A model generated the notes under the pieces. That model had not been told where the DNA came from. It saw only the letters and a program-made list of their open reading frames with translations, and made no database searches. From Auanema rhodensis (taxonomy: Eukaryota > Animalia > Nematoda), in contig OZ059900.1 in the NCBI GenBank assembly GCA_964057225.1, positions 26,474,001-26,538,000 on the forward strand: a stretch of 64,000 bases of DNA. Reading direction: 5' to 3'. Position 1 is the stretch's first letter; each line of letters begins with the position of its first letter. This document shows positions 1 through 15,000 of this stretch, in pieces. The position numbers and the translations under genes are program-made.

Positions 1-3000
1 GAGCCCGCCGCAAAACATGATAAATGTGTTTCTGTGCTAACGAATTTTGTTCCATTGTTTAAATTGGCTAATTCTGAGTTGAATGAAATGTAGCACATTA
101 TTCTAGGACCAAAAATGAAAATTTTAGAATATTTAATTTTTCATAAAAATCGAACGAAATAGCAAGTTGAGCCCGCCGCAAAACATGATAAATGTGTTTC
201 TATGCTAACGAATTTTGTTTCATTGTTTTAATTGACTAATTCTGAGTTGAATGAAATGTAGCACATTATACTAGGACCAAAAATGAAAATTTTAGAATAT
301 TTAATTTTTCATAAAAATCGAACGAAATAGCAAGTTGAGCCCGCCGCAAAACATGATAAATGTGTTTCTATGCTAACGAATTTTGTTTCATTGTTTTAAT
401 TGACTAATTCTGAGTTGAATGAAATGTAGCACATTATTCTAGGACCAAAAATGAAAATTTTAGAATATTTAATTTTTCATAAAAATCGAACGAAACAGCA
501 AGTTGAGCCCGCCGCAAAACATGATAAATGTGTTTCTGTGCTAACGAATTTTGTTCCATTGTTTAAATTGGCTAATTCTGAGTTGAATGAAATGTAGCAC
601 ATTATTCTAGGACCAAAAATGAAAATTTTAGAATATTTAATTTTTCATAAAAATCGAACGAAACAGCAAGTTGAGCCCGCCGCAAAACATGATAAATGTG
701 TTTCTGTGCTAACGAATTTTGTTCCATTGTTTGAATTGGCTAATTCTGAGTTGAATGAAATGTAGCACATTATTCTAGGACCAAAAATGAAAATTTTAGA
801 ATATTTAATTTTTCATAAAAATCGAACGAAATAGCAAGTTGAGCCCGCCGCAAAACATGATAAATGTGTTTCTGTGCTAACGAATTTTGTTCCATTGTTT
901 AAATTGGCTAATTCTGAGTTGAATGAAATGTAGCACATTATTCTAGGACCAAAAATGAAAATTTTAGAATATTTAATTTTTCATAAAAATCGAACGAAAT
1001 AGCAAGTTGAGCCCGCCGCAAAACATGATAAATGTGTTTCTATGCTAACGAATTTTGTTTCATTGTTTTAATTGACTAATTCTGAGTTGAATGAAATGTA
1101 GCACATTATACTAGGACCAAAAATGAAAATTTTAGAATATTTAATTTTTCATAAAAATCGAACGAAATAGCAAGTTGAGCCCGCCGCAAAACATGATAAA
1201 TGTGTTTCTATGCTAACGAATTCTGTTCCATTGTTTAAATTGGCTAATTCTGAGTTGAATGAAATGTAGCACATTATTCTAGGACCAAAAATGAAAATTT
1301 TAGAATATTTAATTTTTCATAAAAATCGAACGAAATAGCAAGTTGAGCCCGCCGCAAAACATGATAAATGTGTTTCTATGCTAACGAATTTTGTTTCATT
1401 GTTTTAATTGACTAATTCTGAGTTGAATGAAATGTAGCACATTATTCTAGGACCAAAAATGAAAATTTTAGAATATTTAATTTTTCATAAAAATCGAACG
1501 AAACAGCAAGTTGAGCCCGCCGCAAAACATGATAAATGTGTTTCTGTGCTAACGAATTTTGTTCCATTGTTTAAATTGGCTAATTCTGAGTTGAATGAAA
1601 TGTAGCACATTATTCTAGGACCAAAAATGAAAATTTTAGAATATTTAATTTTTCATAAAAATCGAACGAAATAGCAAGTTGAGCCCGCCGCAAAACATGA
1701 TAAATGTGTTTCTGTGCTAACGAATTTTGTTCCATTGTTTAAATTGGCTAATTCTGAGTTGAATGAAATGTAGCACATTATTCTAGGACCAAAAATGAAA
1801 ATTTTAGAATATTTAATTTTTCATAAAAATCGAACGAAATAGCAAGTTGAGCCCGCCGCAAAACATGATAAATGTGTTTCTATGCTAACGAATTTTGTTT
1901 CATTGTTTTAATTGACTAATTCTGAGTTGAATGAAATGTAGCACATTATACTAGGACCAAAAATGAAAATTTTAGAATATTTAATTTTTCATAAAAATCG
2001 AACGAAATAGCAAGTTGAGCCCGCCGCAAAACATGATAAATGTGTTTCTATGCTAACGAATTTTGTTTCATTGTTTTAATTGACTAATTCTGAGTTGAAT
2101 GAAATGTAGCACATTATTCTAGGACCAAAAATGAAAATTTTAGAATATTTAATTTTTCATAAAAATCGAACGAAACAGCAAGTTGAGCCCGCCGCAAAAC
2201 ATGATAAATGTGTTTCTGTGCTAACGAATTTTGTTTCATTGTTTTAATTGACTAATTCTGAGTTGAATGAAATGTAGCACATTATACTAGGACCAAAAAT
2301 GAAAATTTTAGAATATTTAATTTTTCATAAAAATCGAACGAAATAGCAAGTTGAGCCCGCCGCAAAACATGATAAATGTGTTTCTATGCTAACGAATTTT
2401 GTTTCATTGTTTTAATTGACTAATTCTGAGTTGAATGAAATGTAGCACATTATACTAGGACCAAAAATGAAAATTTTAGAATATTTAATTTTTCATAAAA
2501 ATCGAACGAAATAGCAAGTTGAGCCCGCCGCAAAACATGATAAATGTGTTTCTATGCTAACGAATTTTGTTTCATTGTTTTAATTGACTAATTCTGAGTT
2601 GAATGAAATGTAGCACATTATTCTAGGACCAAAAATGAAAATTTTAGAATATTTAATTTTTCATAAAAATCGAACGAAACAGCAAGTTGAGCCCGCCGCA
2701 AAACATGATAAATGTGTTTCTATGCTAACGAATTTTGTTTCATTGTTTTAATTGACTAATTCTGAGTTGAATGAAATGTAGCACATTATACTAGGACCAA
2801 AAATGAAAATTTTAGAATATTTAATTTTTCATAAAAATCGAACGAAATAGCAAGTTGAGCCCGCCGCAAAACATGATAAATGTGTTTCTATGCTAACGAA
2901 TTTTGTTTCATTGTTTTAATTGACTAATTCTGAGTTGAATGAAATGTAGCACATTATTCTAGGACCAAAAATGAAAATTTTAGAATATTTAATTTTTCAT

Positions 3001-6000
3001 AAAAATCGAACGAAACAGCAAGTTGAGCCCGCCGCAAAACATGATAAATGTGTTTCTATGCTAACGAATTTTGTTTCATTGTTTTAATTGACTAATTCTG
3101 AGTTGAATGAAATGTAGCACATTATTCTAGGACCAAAAATGAAAATTTTAGAATATTTAATTTTTCATAAAAATCGAACGAAACAGCAAGTTGAGCCCGC
3201 CGCAAAACATGATAAATGTGTTTCTGTGCTAACGAATTTTGTTCCATTGTTTAAATTGGCTAATTCTGAGTTGAATGAAATGTAGCACATTATTCTAGGA
3301 CCAAAAATGAAAATTTTAGAATATTTAATTTTTCATAAAAATCGAACGAAATAGCAAGTTGAGCCCGCCGCAAAACATGATAAATGTGTTTCTATGCTAA
3401 CGAATTTTGTTTCATTGTTTTAATTGACTAATTCTGAGTTGAATGAAATGTAGCACATTATACTAGGACCAAAAATGAAAATTTTAGAATATTTAATTTT
3501 TCATAAAAATCGAACGAAATAGCAAGTTGAGCCCGCCGCAAAACATGATAAATGTGTTTCTATGCTAACGAATTTTGTTTCATTGTTTTAATTGACTAAT
3601 TCTGAGTTGAATGAAATGTAGCACATTATTCTAGGACCAAAAATGAAAATTTTAGAATATTTAATTTTTCATAAAAATCGAACGAAACAGCAAGTTGAGC
3701 CCGCCGCAAAACATGATAAATGTGTTTCTGTGCTAACGAATTTTGTTTCATTGTTTTAATTGACTAATTCTGAGTTGAATGAAATGTAGCACATTATACT
3801 AGGACCAAAAATGAAAATTTTAGAATATTTAATTTTTCATAAAAATCGAACGAAATAGCAAGTTGAGCCCGCCGCAAAACATGATAAATGTGTTTCTATG
3901 CTAACGAATTTTGTTTCATTGTTTAAATTGGCTAATTCTGAGTTGAATGAAATGTAGCACATTATTCTAGGACCAAAAATGAAAATTTTAGAATATTTAA
4001 TTTTTCATAAAAATCGAACGAAATAGCAAGTTGAGCCCGCCGCAAAACATGATAAATGTGTTTCTATGCTAACGAATTTTGTTTCATTGTTTTAATTGAC
4101 TAATTCTGAGTTGAATGAAATGTAGCACATTATTCTAGGACCAAAAATGAAAATTTTAGAATATTTAATTTTTCATAAAAATCGAACGAAACAGCAAGTT
4201 GAGCCCGCCGCAAAACATGATAAATGTGTTTCTATGCTAACGAATTTTGTTTCATTGTTTTAATTGACTAATTCTGAGTTGAATGAAATGTAGCACATTA
4301 TACTAGGACCAAAAATGAAAATTTTAGAATATTTAATTTTTCATAAAAATCGAACGAAATAGCAAGTTGAGCCCGCCGCAAAACATGATAAATGTGTTTC
4401 TATGCTAACGAATTTTGTTTCATTGTTTTAATTGACTAATTCTGAGTTGAATGAAATGTAGCACATTATTCTAGGACCAAAAATGAAAATTTTAGAATAT
4501 TTAATTTTTCATAAAAATCGAACGAAACAGCAAGTTGAGCCCGCCGCAAAACATGATAAATGTGTTTCTATGCTAACGAATTTTGTTTCATTGTTTTAAT
4601 TGACTAATTCTGAGTTGAATGAAATGTAGCACATTATTCTAGGACCAAAAATGAAAATTTTAGAATATTTAATTTTTCATAAAAATCGAACGAAACAGCA
4701 AGTTGAGCCCGCCGCAAAACATGATAAATGTGTTTCTGTGCTAACGAATTTTGTTCCATTGTTTAAATTGGCTAATTCTGAGTTGAATGAAATGTAGCAC
4801 ATTATTCTAGGACCAAAAATGAAAATTTTAGAATATTTAATTTTTCATAAAAATCGAACGAAATAGCAAGTTGAGCCCGCCGCAAAACATGATAAATGTG
4901 TTTCTATGCTAACGAATTTTGTTTCATTGTTTTAATTGACTAATTCTGAGTTGAATGAAATGTAGCACATTATACTAGGACCAAAAATGAAAATTTTAGA
5001 ATATTTAATTTTTCATAAAAATCGAACGAAATAGCAAGTTGAGCCCGCCGCAAAACATGATAAATGTGTTTCTATGCTAACGAATTTTGTTTCATTGTTT
5101 AAATTGGCTAATTCTGAGTTGAATGAAATGTAGCACATTATTCTAGGACCAAAAATGAAAATTTTAGAATATTTAATTTTTCATAAAAATCGAACGAAAT
5201 AGCAAGTTGAGCCCGCCGCTAAACATGATAAATGTGTTTCTGTGCTAACGAATTTTGTTCCATTGTTTAAATTGGCTAATTCTGAGTTGAATGAAATGTA
5301 GCACATTATTCTAGGACCAAAAATGAAAATTTTAGAATATTTAATTTTTCATAAAAATCGAACGAAATAGCAAGTTGAGCCCGCCGCTAAACATGATAAA
5401 TGTGTTTCTGTGCTAACGAATTTTGTTCCATTGTTTAAATTGGCTAATTCTGAGTTGAATGAAATGTAGCACATTATTCTAGGACCAAAAATGAAAATTT
5501 TAGAATATTTAATTTTTCATAAAAATCGAACGAAATAGCAAGTTGAGCCCGCCGCAAAACATGATAAATGTGTTTCTATGCTAACGAATTTTGTTTCATT
5601 GTTTTAATTGACTAATTCTGAGTTGAATGAAATGTAGCACATTATACTAGGACCAAAAATGAAAATTTTAGAATATTTAATTTTTCATAAAAATCGAACG
5701 AAATAGCAAGTTGAGCCCGCCGCAAAACATGATAAATGTGTTTCTATGCTAACGAATTTTGTTTCATTGTTTTAATTGACTAATTCTGAGTTGAATGAAA
5801 TGTAGCACATTATTCTAGGACCAAAAATGAAAATTTTAGAATATTTAATTTTTCATAAAAATCGAACGAAATAGCAAGTTGAGCCCGCCGCAAAACATGA
5901 TAAATGTGTTTCTGTGGTAACGAATTTTGTTTCATTGTTTTAATTGGCTAATTCTGAGTTGAATGAAAAGTAGCACATTATTCTAGGACCAAAAATGAAA

Positions 6001-9000
6001 ATTTTAGAATATTTAATTTTTCATAAAAATCGAACGAAATAGCAAGTTGAGCCCGCCGCAAAACATGATAAATGTGTTTCTATGCTAACGAATTTTGTTT
6101 CATTGTTTTAATTGACTAATTCTGAGTTGAATGAAATGTAGCACATTATTCTAGGACCAAAAATGAAAATTTTAGAATATTTAATTTTTCATAAAAATCG
6201 AACGAAACAGCAAGTTGAGCCCGCCGCAAAACATGATAAATGTGTTTCTGTGCTAACGAATTTTGTTTCATTGTTTTAATTGGCTAATTCTGAGTTGAAT
6301 GAAATGTAGCACATTATTCTAGGACCAAAAATGAAAATTTTAGAATATTTAATTTTTCATAAAAATCGAACGAAACAGCAAGTTGAGCCCGCCGCAAAAC
6401 ATGATAAATGTGTTTCTGTGGTAACGAATTTTGTTTCATTGTTTCAATTGGCTAATTCTGAGTTGAATGAAAAGTAGCACATTATTCTAGGACCAAAAAT
6501 GAAAATTTTAGAATATTTAATTTTTCATAAAAATCGAACGAAACAGCAAGTTGAGCCCGCCGCAAAACATGATAAATGTGTTTCTGTGCTAACGAATTTT
6601 GTTCCATTGTTTAAATTGGCTAATTCTGAGTTGAATGAAATGTAGCACATTATTCTAGGACCAAAAATGAAAATTTTAGAATATTTAATTTTTCATAAAA
6701 ATCGAACGAAACAGCAAGTTGAGCCCGCCGCAAAACATGATAAATGTGTTTCTGTGCTAACGAATTTTGTTTCATTGTTTTAATTGGCTAATTCTGAGTT
6801 GAATGAAATGTAGCACATTATTCTAGGACCAAAAATGAAAATTTTAGAATATTTAATTTTTCATAAAAATCGAACGAAACAGCAAGTTGAGCCCGCCGCA
6901 AAACATGATAAATGTGTTTCTGTGGTAACGAATTTTGTTTCATTGTTTTAATTGGCTAATTCTGAGTTGAATGAAAAGTAGCACATTATTCTAGGACCAA
7001 AAATGAAAATTTTAGAATATTTAATTTTTCATAAAAATCGAACGAAATAGCAAGTTGAGCCCGCCGCAAAACATGATAAATGTGTTTCTGTGGTAACGAA
7101 TTTTGTTTCATTGTTTTAATTGGCTAATTCTGAGTTGAATGAAAAGTAGCACATTATTCTAGGACCAAAAATGAAAATTTTAGAATATTTAATTTTTCAT
7201 AAAAATCGAACGAAACAGCAAGTTGAGCCCGCAGCAAAACATGATAAATGTGTTTCTGTGCTAACGAATTTTGTTCCATTGTTTAAATTGGCTAATTCTG
7301 AGTTCAATGAAATGTAGCACATTATTCTAGGACCAAAAATGAAAATTTTAGAATATTTAATTTTTCATAAAAATCGAACGAAACAGCAAGTTGAGCCCGC
7401 CGCAAAACATGATAAATGTGTTTCTGTGCTAACGAATTTTGTTTCATTGTTTTAATTGGCTAATTCTGAGTTGAATGAAATGTAGCACATTATTCTAGGA
7501 CCAAAAATGAAAATTTTAGAATATTTAATTTTTCATAAAAATAGAACGAAACAGCAAGTTGAGCCCGCCGCAAAACATGATAAATGTGTTTCTGTGGTAA
7601 CGAATTTTGTTTAATTGTTTAAATTGGCTAATTCTGAGTTGAATGAAAAGTAGCACATTATTCTAGGACCAAAAATGAAAATTTTAGAATATTTAATTTT
7701 TCATAAAAATCGAACGAAACAGCAAGTTGAGCCCGCCGCAAAACATGATAAATGTGTTTCTGTGGTAACGAATTTTGTTTCATTGTTTTAATTGGCTAAT
7801 TCTGAGTTGAATGAAATGTAGCACATTATTCTAGGACCAAAAATGAAAATTTTAGAATATTTAATTTTTCATAAAAATCGAACGAAACAGCAAGTTGAGC
7901 CCGCCGCAAAACATGATAAATGTGTATCTGTGGTAACGAATTTTGTTTCATTGTTTTAATTGGTTAATTCTGAGTTGAATGAAATGTAGCACATTATTCT
8001 AGGACCAAAAATGAAAATTTTAGAATATTTAATTTTTCATAAAAATTGAACGAAACAGCAAGTTGAGCCCGCCGCAAAACATGATAAATGTGTTTCTGTG
8101 CTAACGAATTTTGTTCCATTGTTTAAATTGGCTAATTCTGAGTTGAATGAAAAGTAGCACATTATTCTAGGACCAAAAATGAAAATTTTAGAATATTTAA
8201 TTTTTCATAAAAATCGAACGAAACAGCAAGTTGAGCCCGCCGCAAAACATGATAAATGTGTTTCTGTGCTAACGAATTTTGTTTCATTGTTTTAATTGGC
8301 TAATTCTGAGTTGAATGAAATGTAGCACATTATTCTAGGACCAAAAATGAAAATTTTAGAATATTTAATTTTTCATAAAAATAGAACGAAACAGCAAGTT
8401 GAGCCCGCCGCAAAACATGATAAATGTGTTTCTGTGGTAACGAATTTTGTTTAATTGTTTAAATTGGCTAATTCTGAGTTGAATGAAAAGTAGCACATTA
8501 TTCTAGGACCAAAAATGAAAATTTTAGAATATTTAATTTTTCATAAAAATCGAACGAAACAGCAAGTTGAGCCCGCCGCAAAACATGATAAATGTGTTTC
8601 TGTGGTAACGAATTTTGTTTCATTGTTTTAATTGGCTAATTCTGAGTTGAATGAAATGTAGCACATTATTCTAGGACCAAAAATGAAAATTTTAGAATAT
8701 TTAATTTTTCATAAAAATCGAACGAAACAGCAAGTTGAGCCCGCCGCAAAACATGATAAATGTGTATCTGTGGTAACGAATTTTGTTTCATTGTTTTAAT
8801 TGGTTAATTCTGAGTTGAATGAAATGTAGCACATTATTCTAGGACCAAAAATGAAAATTTTAGAATATTTAATTTTTCATAAAAATTGAACGAAACAGCA
8901 AGTTGAGCCCGCCGCAAAACATGATAAATGTGTTTCTGTGCTAACGAATTTTGTTCCATTGTTTAAATTGGCTAATTCTGAGTTGAATGAAAAGTAGCAC

Positions 9001-12000
9001 ATTATTCTAGGACCAAAAATGAAAATTTTAGAATATTTAATTTTTCATAAAAATCGAACGAAACAGCAAGTTGAGCCCGCCGCAAAACATGATAAATGTG
9101 TTTCTGTGCTAACGAATTTTGTTTCATTGTTTTAATTGGCTAATTCTGAGTTGAATGAAATGTAGCACATTATTCTAGGACCAAAAATGAAAATTTTAGA
9201 ATATTTAATTTTTCATAAAAATCGAACGAAACAGCAAGTTGAGCCCGCCGCAAAACATGATAAATGTGTTTCTGTGCTAACGAATTTTGTTCCATTGTTT
9301 AAATTGGCTAATTCTGAGTTGAATGAAAAGTAGCACATTATTCTAGGACCAAAAATGAAAATTTTAGAATATTTAATTTTTCATAAAAATCGAACGAAAC
9401 AGCAAGTTGAGCCCGACGCAAAACATGATAAATGTGTTTCTGTGGTAACGAATTTGGTTTCATTGTTTTAATTGGCTAATTCTGAGTTGAATGAAATGTA
9501 GCACATTATTCTAGGACCAAAAATGAAAATTTTAGAATATTTAATTTTTCATAAAAATCGAACGAAACAGCGAGTTGAGCCCGCCGCAAAACATGATAAA
9601 TGTGTTTCTGTGGTAACGAATTTTGTTTCATTGTTTTAATTGGCTATTTCTGAGTTGAATGAAATGTAGCACATTATTCTAGGACCAAAAATGAAAATTT
9701 TAGAATATTTAATTTTTCATAAAAATCGAACGAAACAGCAAGTTGAGCCCGCCGCAAAACATGATAAATGTGTTTCTGTGGTAACGAATTTTGTTTCATT
9801 GTTTTAATTGGCTAATTCTGAGTTGAATGAAATGTAGCACATTATTCTAGGACCAAAAATGAAAATTTTAGAATTTTTAATTTTTCATAAAAATCGAACG
9901 AAACAGCAAGTTGAGCCCGCCGCAAAACATGATAAATGTGTTTCTGTGCTAACGAATTTTGTTTCATTGTTTTAATTGGCTAATTCTGAGTTGAATGAAA
10001 TGTAGCACATTATACTAGGACCAAAAATGAAAATTTTAGAATATTTAATTTTTCATAAAAATCGAACAAAATAGCAAGTTGAGCCCGCCGCAAAACATGA
10101 TAAATGTGTTTCTGTGCTAACGAATTTTGTTTCATTGTTTTAATTGGCTAATTCTGAGTTGAATGAAATGTAGCACATTATTCTAGGACCAAAAATGAAA
10201 ATTTTAGAATATTTAATTTTTCATAAAAATCGAACAAAATAGCAAGTTGAGCCCGCCGCAAAACATGATAAATGTGTTTCTGTGCTAACGAATTTTGTTT
10301 CATTGTTTTAATAGGCTAATTCTGAGTTGAATGAAATGTAGCACATTATTCTAGGACCAAAAATGAAAATTTTAGAATATTCAATTTTTCATAAAAATCG
10401 AACGAAATAGCAAGTTGAGCCCGCCGCAAAACATGATAAATGTGTTTCTGTGCTAACGAATTTTGTTTCATTGTTTTAATTGGCTAATTCTGAGTTGAAT
10501 GAAATGTAGCACATTATTCTAGGACCAAAAATGAAAATTTTAGAATATTTAATTTTTCATAAAAATAGAACGAAACAGCAAGTTGAGCCCGCCGCAAAAC
10601 ATGATAAATGTGTTTCTGTGGTAACGAATTTTGTTTCATTGTTTCAATTGGCTAATTCTGAGTTGAATGAAAAGTAGCACATTATTTTAGGACCAAAAAT
10701 GAAAATTTTAGAATATTTAATTTTTCATAAAAATCGAACGAAACAGCAAGTTGAGCCCGCCGCAAAACATGATAAATGTGTTTCTGTGCTAACGAATTTT
10801 GTTCCATTGTTTAAATTGGCTAATTCTGAGTTGAATGAAAAGTAGCACATTATTCTAGGACCAAAAATGAAAATTTTAGAATATTTAATTTTTCATAAAA
10901 ATCGAACGAAACAGCAAGTTGAGCCCGCCGCAAAACATGATAAATGTGTTTCTGTGGTAACGAATTTGGTTTCATTGTTTTAATTGGCTAATTCTGAGTT
11001 GAATGAAATGTAGCACATTATTCTAGGACCAAAAATGAAAATTTTAGAATATTTAATTTTTCATAAAAATCGAACGAAACAGCAAGTTGAGCCCGCCGCA
11101 AAACATGATAAATGTGTTTCTGTGGTAACGAATTTTGTTTCATTGTTTTAATTGGCTAATTCTGAGTTGAATGAAATGTAGCACATTATTCTAGGACCAA
11201 AAATGAAAATTTTAGAATATTTAATTTTTCATAAAAATCGAACGAAACAGCAAGTTGAGCCCGCCGCAAAACATGATAAATGTGTTTCTGTGGTAACGAA
11301 TTTTGTTTCATTGTTTTAATTGGCTAATTCTGAGTTGAATGAAATGTAGCACATTATTCTAGGACCAAAAATGAAAATTTTAGAATTTTTAATTTTTCAT
11401 AAAAATCGAACGAAACAGCAAGTTGAGCCCGCCGCAAAACATGATAAATGTGTTTCTGTGCTAACGAATTTTGTTCCATTGTTTAAATTGGCTAATTCTG
11501 AGTTGAATGAAATGTAGCACATTATTCTAGGACCAAAAATGAAAATTTTAGAATATTTAATTTTTCATAAAAATCGAACGAAACAGCAAGTTGAGCCCGC
11601 CGCAAAACATGATAAATGTGTTTCTGTGCTAACGAATTTTGTTTCATTGTTTTAATTGGCTAATTCTGAGTTGAATGAAATGTAGCACATTATTCTAGGA
11701 CCAAAAATGAAAATTTTAGAATATTTAATTTTTCATAAAAATCGAACGAAATAGCAAGTTGAGCCCGCCGCAAAACATGATAAATGTGTATCTGTGGTAA
11801 CGAATTTTGTTTCATTGTTTTAATTGGCTAATTCTGAGTTGAATGAAAAGTAGCACATTATTCTAGGATCAAAAATGAAAATTTTAGAATATTTAATTTT
11901 TCATAAAAATCGAACGAAATAGCAAGTTGAGCCCGCCGCAAAACATGATAAATGTGTTTCTGTGCTAACGAATTTTGTTTCATTGTTTTAATTGGTTAAT

Positions 12001-15000
12001 TCTGAGTTGAATGAAATGTAGCACATTATTCTAGGACCAAAAATGAAAATTTTAGAATATTTAATTTTTCATAAAAATCGAACGAAACAGCAAGTTGAGC
12101 CCGCCGCAAAACATGATAAATGTGTTTCTGTGGTAACGAATTTTGTTTCATTGTTTTAATTGGCTAATTCTGAGTTGAATGAAAAGTAGCACATTATTCT
12201 AGGATCAAAAATGAAAATTTTAGAATATTTAATTTTTCATAAAAATCGAACAAAATAGCAAGTTGAGCCCGCCGCAAAACATGATAAATGTGTTTCTGTG
12301 CTAACGAATTTTGTTTCATTGTTTTAATTGGCTAATTCTGAGTTGAATGAAATGTAGCACATTATTCTAGGACCAAAAATGAAAATTTTAGAATATTCAA
12401 TTTTTCATAAAAATCGAACGAAACAGCAAGTTGAGCCCGCCGCAAAACATGATAAATGTGTTTCTGTGCTAACGAATTTTGTTTCATTGTTTTAATTGGC
12501 TAATTCTGAATTGAATGAAATGTAGCACATTATTCTAGGACCAAAAATGAAAATTTTAGAATATTCAATTTTTCATAAAAATCGAACGAAACAGCAAGTT
12601 GAGCCCGCCGCAAAACATGATAAATGTGTTTCTGTGCTAACGAATTTTGTTTCATTGTTTTAATTGGCTAATTCTGAATTGAATGAAATGTAGCACATTA
12701 TTCTAGGACCAAAAATGAAAATTTTAGAATATTTAATTTTTCATAAAAATCGAACAAAATAGCAAGTTGAGCCCGCCGCAAAACATGATAAATGTGTTTC
12801 TGTGCTAACGAATTTTGTTTCATTGTTTTAGTAGGCTAATTCTGAGTTGAATGAAATGTAGCACATTATTCTAGGACCAAAAATGAAAATTTTAGAATAT
12901 TCAATTTTTCATAAAAATCGAACGAAACAGCAAGTTGAGCCCGCCGCAAAACATGATAAATGTGTTTCTGTGCTAACGAATTTTGTTTCATTGTTTTAAT
13001 AGGCTAATTCTGAGTTGAATGAAATGTAGCACATTATTCTAGGACCAAAAATGAAAATTTTAGAATATTCAATTTTTCATAAAAATCGAACGAAATAGCA
13101 AGTTGAGCCCGCCGCAAAACATGATAAATGTGTTTCTGTGCTAACGAATTTTGTTTCATTGTTTTAGTAGGCTAATTCTGAGTTGAATGAAATGTAGCAC
13201 ATTATTCTAGGACCAAAAATGAAAATTTTAGAATATTCAATTTTTCATAAAAATCGAACGAAACAGCAAGTTGAGCCCGCCGCAAAACATGATAAATGTG
13301 TTTCTGTGCTAACGAATTTTGTTTCATTGTTTTAATTGGCTAATTCTGAATTGAATGAAATGTAGCACATTATTCTAGGACCAAAAATGAAAATTTTAGA
13401 ATATTCAATTTTTCATAAAAATCGAACGAAACAGCAAGTTGAGCCCGCCGCAAAACATGATAAATGTGTTTCTGTGCTAACGAATTTTGTTTCATTGTTT
13501 TAATTGGCTAATTCTGAATTGAATGAAATGTAGCACATTATTCTAGGACCAAAAATGAAAATTTTAGAATATTTAATTTTTCATAAAAATCGAACAAAAT
13601 AGCAAGTTGAGCCCGCCGCAAAACATGATAAATGTGTTTCTGTGCTAACGAATTTTGTTTCATTGTTTTAGTAGGCTAATTCTGAGTTGAATGAAATGTA
13701 GCACATTATTCTAGGACCAAAAATGAAAATTTTAGAATATTCAATTTTTCATAAAAATCGAACGAAATAGAAAGTTGAGCCCGCCGCAAAACATGATAAA
13801 TGTGTTTCTGTGCTAACGAATTTTGTTTCATTGTTTTAATTGGCTAATTCTGAGTTGAATGAAATGTAGCACATTATTCTAGGACCAAAAATGAAAATTT
13901 TAGAATATTCAATTTTTCATAAAAATCGAACGAAATAGCAAGTTGAGCCCGCCGCAAAACATGATAAATGTGTTTCTGTGCTAACGAATTTTGTTTCATT
14001 GTTTTAATTGGCTAATTCTGAGTTGAATGAAATGTAGCACATTATTCTAGGACCAAAAATGAAAATTTTAGAATATTTAATTTTTCATAAAAATCGAACA
14101 AAATAGCAAGTTGAGCCCGCCGCAAAACATGATAAATGTGTTTCTGTGCTAACGAATTTTGTTTCATTGTTTTAATAGGCTAATTCTGAGTTGAATGAAA
14201 TGTAGCACATTATTCTAGGACCAAAAATGAAAATTTTAGAATATTCAATTTTTCATAAAAATCGAACGAAATAGCAAGTTGAGCCCGCCGCAAAACATGA
14301 TAAATGTGTTTCTGTGCTAACGAATTTTGTTTCATTGTTTTAATTGGCTAATTCTGAGTTGAATGAAATGTAGCACATTATTCTAGGACCAAAAATGAAA
14401 ATTTTAGAATATTTAATTTTTCATAAAAATAGAACGAAACAGCAAGTTGAGCCCGCCGCAAAACATGATAAATGTGTATCTGTGGTAACGAATTTTGTTT
14501 CATTGTTTTAATTGGCTAATTCTGAGTTGAATGAAAAGTAGCACATTATTCTAGGATCAAAAATGAAAATTTTAGAATATTTAATTTTTCATAAAAATCG
14601 AACGAAATAGCAAGTTGAGCCCGCCGCAAAACATGATAAATGTGTTTCTGTGCTAACGAATTTTGTTTCATTGTTTTAATTGGTTAATTCTGAGTTGAAT
14701 GAAATGTAGCACATTATTCTAGGACCAAAAATGAAAATTTTAGAATATTTAATTTTTCATAAAAATCGAACGAAACAGCAAGTTGAGCCCGCCGCAAAAC
14801 ATGATAAATGTGTTTCTGTGCTAACGAATTTTGTTCCATTGTTTAAATTGGCTAATTCTGAGTTGAATGAAAAGTAGCACATTATTCTAGGATCAAAAAT
14901 GAAAATTTTAGAATATTTAATTTTTCATAAAAATCGAACAAAATAGCAAGTTGAGCCCGCCGCAAAACATGATAAATGTGTTTCTGTGCTAACGAATTTG